Source of the DNA: a virus
Direction: 5' to 3' (one strand)
IMG/VR virus record: IMGVR_UViG_3300031576_000023
Coordinates: 1-64,000 of that record
DNA: 64,000 nucleotides
Part shown: piece after piece, positions 62,512 to 64,000 of the stretch
Layout of the letters: each line of letters opens with the position of its first letter
How positions within the stretch are numbered: the stretch's first letter is position 1
Made by a program: the position numbers and the translations under genes
The notes under the pieces: generated by a model
What the model was told of the DNA's origin: nothing
Databases searched by the model: none
The model's input: the letters and a program-made list of their open reading frames with translations, nothing else

Positions 62512-63156
62512 ATGCCAGCCGCTGATATTACTGGACCGCTCAAGATTGTGATGCGGAAGCTTGCCGACTTGCGGCCTGCGGACTACAACCCGCGGCAGTT
62601 GACGGAGAAGCAGTTCGCCGATATTCGCGCTAGCCTGGTGCGGTTTGGGTTCGTTGACCCGCTCGTAGTTAATGTGCACCCGGAGCGAGCCAACGTAATC
62701 ATCGGTGGACACCAGCGCTGGCGCATTGCGGCCGACCTCGGGATCACGGACGTGCCGTGCGTGGAGGTGCGCCTCGAGCCTTCTCTGGAGCGCGAGCTGA
62801 ACGTGCGCTTGAACAAGAACTCAGGAGAGTGGGACTGGGACGCGCTGGCTAATCAGTTTGACTTCGCCGAGTTAATGGACTGGGGGTTCACGGAACGCGA
62901 ACTGGCCGGCTCATTTCCGCTGCCGAATCTTGGAGGTGATCAAGCCGCGCGGGCCGTCGGCAGTGAACTCGGAGAATCGCACGTGCGGATGTTTCAGTTG
63001 TTTTTTGACGTTGCTGGGTATGAGGAGTTTACGCTGCTGGTGGAGCAGTGTTGCCGTGAGCGTGGGCACTCGAACCCGAGTGACGCCGTGTTGGTTTGTT
63101 TGCGAGAGGCGGCTGCTGGTCATGAAATGCCATCTTGTGCAGAAGGCGCTGTCTGA
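62512..63156 (+). CDS. ParB-like nuclease-domain protein of the type found with phage DNA-modification genes
   Basis: LRPADYNPR, SLVRFGFVDPLVVN, IIGGHQR, ERELNVRLNKNSGEWD. Confidence 0.9.
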   Translation: MPAADITGPLKIVMRKLADLRPADYNPRQLTEKQFADIRASLVRFGFVDPLVVNVHPERANVIIGGHQRWRIAADLGITDVPCVEVRLEPSLERELNVRLNKNSGEWDWDALANQFDFAELMDWGFTERELAGSFPLPNLGGDQAARAVGSELGESHVRMFQLFFDVAGYEEFTLLVEQCCRERGHSNPSDAVLVCLREAAAGHEMPSCAEGAV

Positions 63157-64000
63157 CAAGGCAGCCAGTGAGCTGGCCGGCACGTTGTTGGGCGCGAGTG
63201 CTTACGATGTGCTGGTGCAAGAGTCCGCCGCGGTCCGGGATGTTGATGGGCAGCTCATGCTCAAATACATCCAGGGGGCCATCACTGAGGACTTGTGCTT
63301 GGCGGCTTATAGTGGTTTGCGCAACGCGGCAGTGCTGACAGAAAACCGAGGCATGGCGGCCGGCGTGATTCCAAGCGCGATAGGCGCGATCGCGGACGTC
63401 GGACGTATTGGCAGCCGCTCTAGGACGCGGTTCCGCGTAGCGAAAAAGGATGGTACTCTTTCCAACACGACCCGTGCGATTGTAGTGCACAGCGGCATCG
63501 TGGGTTATTTTGACAGGTCGGCTCGGGCACCGTATTGCCGTCAGACGGCGTATACGGCACAGCAAGCCGCCAAGTACGAGCGAGCCCTACCGTTCTTCCA
63601 GGCTGCGAGTCGGCTGTTTGCTGAGCATGTACCTGAGCGCTACGCCGTGCAGGCTGAAGTTGTGTCTGTGACGAGTCCCGCATTCGTGATACCGGGGACT
63701 GTGTTTACGACGGTCACGGTGAACCGTAACTGGCAGACGGCGGTGCACAGGGATGCTGGCGATCTCGAAAGCGGTTATGGAGTGATGGCGGTGCTTGATG
63801 TAGGCCAGTACGGAGGCTGCTACTTGTGCTTTCCGCAGTACCGGTTTGCCGTGGACATGAGACGCGGAGGAGTGTGTTTAGCTGACGTGCATCAGTGGCA
63901 TGGCAACACGCCCTTCGTGCGCAAGAGGGGTCGCTACGAACGCTTGTCCCTGGTGCTTTACTACCGGGAGCGCATGATGGAGTGCGGGAGCCCGGCGGAG
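63122..64000 (+). CDS. TET/JBP-family 2OG-Fe(II) 5-methylpyrimidine dioxygenase (3' end beyond window)
   Basis: Hand translation gives 293 open codons from ATG 63122: NRG, SGIVGYFDR, PYCRQTA, FTTVTVNRNWQTAVHRDAGD (HxD), DVHQWHGNT, ERLSLVLYYRE; absent from ORF track because no stop lies in the window. Confidence 0.9.
   Translation, partial: MKCHLVQKALSDKAASELAGTLLGASAYDVLVQESAAVRDVDGQLMLKYIQGAITEDLCLAAYSGLRNAAVLTENRGMAAGVIPSAIGAIADVGRIGSRSRTRFRVAKKDGTLSNTTRAIVVHSGIVGYFDRSARAPYCRQTAYTAQQAAKYERALPFFQAASRLFAEHVPERYAVQAEVVSVTSPAFVIPGTVFTTVTVNRNWQTAVHRDAGDLESGYGVMAVLDVGQYGGCYLCFPQYRFAVDMRRGGVCLADVHQWHGNTPFVRKRGRYERLSLVLYYRERMMECGSPAE

Larger units (their letters stand above)
1..64000. mobile_element. 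Tailed dsDNA phage/prophage region (HK97-type head, siphovirus-like tail), probable Planctomycetota host
   Basis: TerS/TerL, portal, MuF, HK97 protease, MCP, head-tail joiners, tail tube, G/GT chaperone frameshift and tape measure in canonical order; RusA, RecD-like, SF2 helicase and HNH genes; no host housekeeping genes; both ends lie outside the window. Confidence 0.95.

Noticed and set aside
1-64000. Stop-codon recoding or integrase/attachment site defining prophage ends
   Set aside because: Core genes are full length in code 11 using all three stops; no integrase or host boundary is visible, so lifestyle cannot be called.

Overview
The whole 64 kb window reads as part of a GC-rich tailed dsDNA phage or prophage with an HK97-type head and a long non-contractile (siphovirus-like) tail. 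The probable host is Planctomycetota, inferred from a planctomycete-type export motif (LESRDLL) on a phage sulfatase and from planctomycete-style secreted peptides. Gene order: C5 DNA methyltransferase and small repeat-bounded cassettes; sulfatase with fibre/lectin genes; terminase; portal, MuF, prohead protease and capsid; neck and tail genes; a glycan biosynthesis cluster; replication/recombination genes; a subtilase / di-heme peroxidase / secreted-protein module; then a ParB-like gene and a TET/JBP dioxygenase that runs off the right edge and is missing from the ORF track. Highlights: (1) all three head-assembly genes are polyproteins carrying extra enzyme cargo (portal + PD-(D/E)XK nuclease; MuF + kinase-like domain + ADP-ribosyltransferase; protease + AAA+ ATPase + Cys-rich domains), joined by recurring linker motifs and followed by candidate immunity segments. 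(2) A GDP-perosamine-type sugar pathway with six glycosyltransferases, two methyltransferases and a GNAT, placed in the late region and suggesting virion glycosylation. (3) A TET/JBP enzyme plus C5-MTase, suggesting DNA hypermodification. (4) A tnpB-only IS inserted exactly at a glycosyltransferase start codon. (5) A non-autonomous IS1-like cassette with three terminal repeats. No integrase, CRISPR array, canonical endolysin or intact tRNA was recognised. All assignments come from reading motifs by eye; no database searches were run.
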